DNA of 64,000 nucleotides from the human T2T-CHM13v2.0 reference genome, Homo sapiens: NCBI RefSeq assembly GCF_009914755.1, contig NC_060926.1, one strand, 5' to 3'. Below the pieces are notes generated by a model. The model saw nothing but the letters and a program-made list of their open reading frames with translations. It had not been told where the DNA came from and did no database searches. Shown piece after piece: positions 60,101-64,000 of the stretch (its first letter is position 1; each line of letters begins with the position of its first letter). The translations under genes and the position numbers were made by a program.

Positions 60101-61273
60101 GCCCTATCCATGGAAGGCAGCTCCTAAGAGAGGGCCCTTGGCAGCCCAAGGACATGGAGTTGTAGAATTTTCCACAAGGATGATCAGGCCTCGGGAGAGG
60201 AAGAAAGCAGGTCAAGAGGCAAAAAACAAACTTGCTATTTACATCCCTAATTTGAGCCATCTTCTGAGACAGCCATATCTTTCAAGTAGGAAGAAGTCGC
60301 CTGCCCCCGTGTCTATTACCTCTTCTACAAATATCAGCTTAGATTAGATCACTGTTTTGAAATAGGGAGTTAGGGTGCTTCTCTTAGTCCCTTCTGGGGC
60401 TACCAACAGGAAGGAAGCCATGCAGGTGGGTCTCCGGGCCCCCACCCCAGTTTAGACCATATTGAAACCATCTCTACTATTTTCAATATCTTGAATTTCC
60501 ACATAAGCTTGTTTGAAGAATGAATTCCACTGGATTAGACGATCTCTAAATTCCCTTTACTGTTATAAATTCTGTGGTTCTATGGTACTCTTAGCAACAT
60601 TGGAAAGACAAAACCTATGTGGTCTCAAGTGCATACAGATATCTCTATTCCTATTACTAGCTGCCCAGGCAGGCAACAGGGGCTTCCAGGTGACAAGGAC
60701 TGCTAATAGAGAGATTTCTGTTAATCCTTAAGAGAGACTAGAAACTCTGATGACCACTAAGCGAGGTTGGAAAGATGTAAAGCATTTAGTGCATTTCATG
60801 TGCATATAGACAGCAGCCTACTTACCAGTGTCAGCCAGAGCTCACTAACTTCCTCTTAACTCCTGGATCCAGTCCATATTCCTCTGGCTGACATCTGAGG
60901 GTTTCCACAACTGGTCTCTTATCAAATCTTGCACTGCTCTCTAAAGCACAGCAGCTTTCCCTCAGCTTGATCTCCTCACTGGCCCATGATACATCACATG
61001 CACTCCCTCCAGTATCCCACTGCACATTTGGTCCACCATCTTGATATGCTCTTTTCCTACCACTTTTTGGTGTTTCCAAATCACACTCTGCTCTACCGCC
61101 CATCTCAAATATCTAACTCCTCTGATAAGGCCTTCCTTGACTATCTTAGTCCACATTCTTTTCTGAACTCTTGTACTTACTGTATGTACTTCTATGTATT
61201 TCACTGTCTAAATTTTCATTTAGATTCAACCATAACTGAACTCTGACAACAAAGACTCCATTATATATATCTA

Positions 61274-61275
<2 letters not shown>

Positions 61276-61304
<29 letters not shown>
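61276..61304. repeat. (AC)14 microsatellite
   Basis: Read directly. Confidence 0.97.
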
Positions 61305-61305
<1 letters not shown>

Positions 61306-61439
61306 TAGGTTCCCACAATGCTGGGCGCTGTACTAAGATACCTTTTGTGTACTTGGGCAATGAGACCTTCACAATTTACTTGGCAACAAAGGTACTATAC
61401 AAGTGTAACTTTACTCAGTCTCCAATCTGAGACAATTAA

Positions 61440-61601
<162 letters not shown>

Positions 61602-63976
61602 TAAAAAATTAACCTTATCTAATAATTAAACTCACCTATCCTTTAAAGACTTCTCCCTCTTCCTGAAGACTTCCTTGACACCCCTACCCTGACAAGCTGG
61701 CATTTATTTCTCCCTTCTCTGCTTCTGCAACACACTTTGACTAATTCTAGCATTGACACAATCTTGTTTATAGTTATTTAAATCCATACTTGTCTTACTT
61801 GTGGGGTTTCTGAAACAGAGACAATTATCGTTCATTCATATATTTCCCACTGTGCCTAAACCATTGTCTTGTAATATTTGTGACTCTGAATTGGCTTTAA
61901 TTGACTGAGAATGGCTCAATGAAGGTAACAAAGGTGTTAATTTATCCAAAAGATGGAAGATGTTACATGCTAAAGGAAAAAACATAACCCACTACATTAG
62001 GGCTTTACATAATATTATGAGAATGTGCTGAAGACACTTAAAGCCTGCACTCCCTTGCAAGCTGAGCAATGACAACATTGTCCAAATCTTCCAACAGCAA
62101 CACCCCAGTAAGCCAACAGCTACAAGTGGAACAAGACAGAGATTTCTGAGCCCTCTATTGAACTAACTGCCATCTCCAGGTTAGGTTTGCAGATTTCTAT
62201 ATTTAAAAAGTAGAAAGCATCAGCAGTTGGGGGTTGAATTCTTGGTGTGTGTGCAGTTGCGTAAAAGGACTATTTTTATTTCTCGCTGCGGTATGAAGAA
62301 GCTTTGATCTTGGACGACTTGCTCAAGGGCCCAGGATAATATATTGATCACTTCTGACTGTTTTCACCCAGACTCGTTTCCATAAGCTCAGTCTGTCAAC
62401 AAGAAATACTTCATATATTTTCAAACTTCACTCTTCCTCAAACAGCTTATTCCTTTAAAACTTGAGGCTGTATTTGTAAAAGGGATATTTAATGAAGAAA
62501 ATGTTTTGCACCTTGTCCCACTGGCTTGGGTTGAAATACGATAATGTTTCCTTTTGTATTTAAAAAACACAAACAGGATCTCATCCGGAGATATCATGAC
62601 CTTAGACATTCCTGAGACGTCTGAAAGGGAAGTGAACATATGTCAGCATGCTTGGGTTTAAAATATACCAACTTCATTTCTCTCATCATTCAAATCTGCA
62701 TGAGGCTCATGTGACTTTGAACAAGCTGTGCTGGAGGATTAAAGACGGGTCCTAATGAGAACCTCTCTCTTCCAGTAAAATCTAGGAATTGAAAAGCAGT
62801 TACTACCTCTTCCATTTTTTTCCTAAAAAAAAAAAATAACTTTTTCTAAAATTAAAAAAAGGAGGATCCTTTTTTTTGAAAGAAAAAAAGAAGGAAAGAA
62901 AGAAAGAAGAAAAAACGAGAGAAAGAAAAGAAACAAACCAAAAGGCAAAACATAACCCCTAGCAATGCCTGGAAACTTGCTCTGTGGCTAGCGATCCCTG
63001 TTAAGACTTGCTTCCCTTAAAGTTTTGGCACGGACCACAAATGATAGCCTTAAAATGCCACATGATCATCTGAATATTTTAACAATCATCCTGGACTGGA
63101 TTCATTTCAACGGCATGGAAGTGAAACAGCAACTTGCAGCTGTGGCAAAAGGCTGTGGCCTCTTTCTATTTCAAGTCATTGCAAAAGAAGGATCTCTTTC
63201 TTCAGGAGGGGACCAGCCCATGAGGGATTTGGGAAGGAGCTAAAGGACAGTGGGAAAATGGAAGCAGACCTAAAACCCAGTATTTCTGCCTGGGAAGTGT
63301 AAGTCTCTTGTGTGAATAAATTTGGTGGTGAGAAAATAAATGCTGTTTTCAGCTGTTGTAAAGCAAAATAGAATCCTAAACCAGAACTTCTGCAGTTAGC
63401 CACAGACCCCCTAGGGAAGAACTGGGATTGCCACACAAAAGCCTCAGCTTTGTCTCTATAAGCATATTTTCCTTAAACACTTAAATCCACAGGCCCTTCA
63501 GGAGCACACCACTCAGCTCAGTGGGGTCCAGTAAGTAAGACAGAAAAAGGAGAATAGATGGGAGTATGGATAGGGGGTGACAGGGGAGGAGACAGGAAAG
63601 TGACTGGAGTATGGATGAGGGGGATGGAGAAGCAGACGAGGCACACATGAAAGGGCACATGGAGGACTGCATGGGGGTGTGAAGGGCACTTACAGGAAAG
63701 CTGGACAGGGAAGTGGATAGATTATTAGAATTAACTTGGGGTAGCAAGTCATTAGGTCTGGTACATTGAGCAGGCTTTCAACAAACATTAGCTCCCTCTA
63801 CCATCTCTTCCCCTCATCAGCACTGTTTTATGCAAAAAATTTATTCCCAAGGTTGCTTTCCTTGTAACCTTGGAACCTGGTCTTGTATTTCTGAGAGCCT
63901 GTTTTTCTCACCAGAATATCAGACTGTTATTTTTAAAAATGATAAACACACTGCATGCCAACAAAGCACTGGTCCC

Positions 63977-64000
63977 AAAAAATTAGCCGGGCGTGGTAGC
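63977..64000 (+). mobile_element. Start of an Alu right arm (runs off window)
   Basis: aaaaaattagccgggcgtggtagc. Confidence 0.7.

Overview
Human genomic DNA (primate Alu-rich, with a human-specific SVA). The whole window lies inside THADA (chr2p21), which is transcribed on the minus strand. Six consecutive internal coding exons (95, 380, 119, 73, 154 and 132 bp; about exons 31-36 of 38 by my recollection) have GT-AG borders and matching phases and splice into one open frame (...QNPCLVTRAVYID...SQENTCQST...). The rest is intron: about 40 Alu copies or fragments, a complete MaLR (MST) provirus with a 5-bp TSD, old L1, L2 and CR1 pieces, DNA-transposon fossils, and a 1.8-kb SVA_F1 carrying a piece of MAST2 exon 1. 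Nearly all ORFs in the supplied track are repeat-derived or chance. I see no new gene system. The most unusual signals are (1) the MAST2-SVA_F1 insertion antisense to THADA, (2) a 45-bp unique segment plus Alu head copied from 15.8 kb to 51.5 kb at a broken inverted-Alu junction, (3) a ~25-bp templated insertion inside an Alu copied from 700 bp away, (4) a weak exon donor flanked by two better-consensus frameshifting donors, and (5) a candidate intronic terminal exon with a poly(A) signal. Repeat subfamily names and borders are by eye and approximate.
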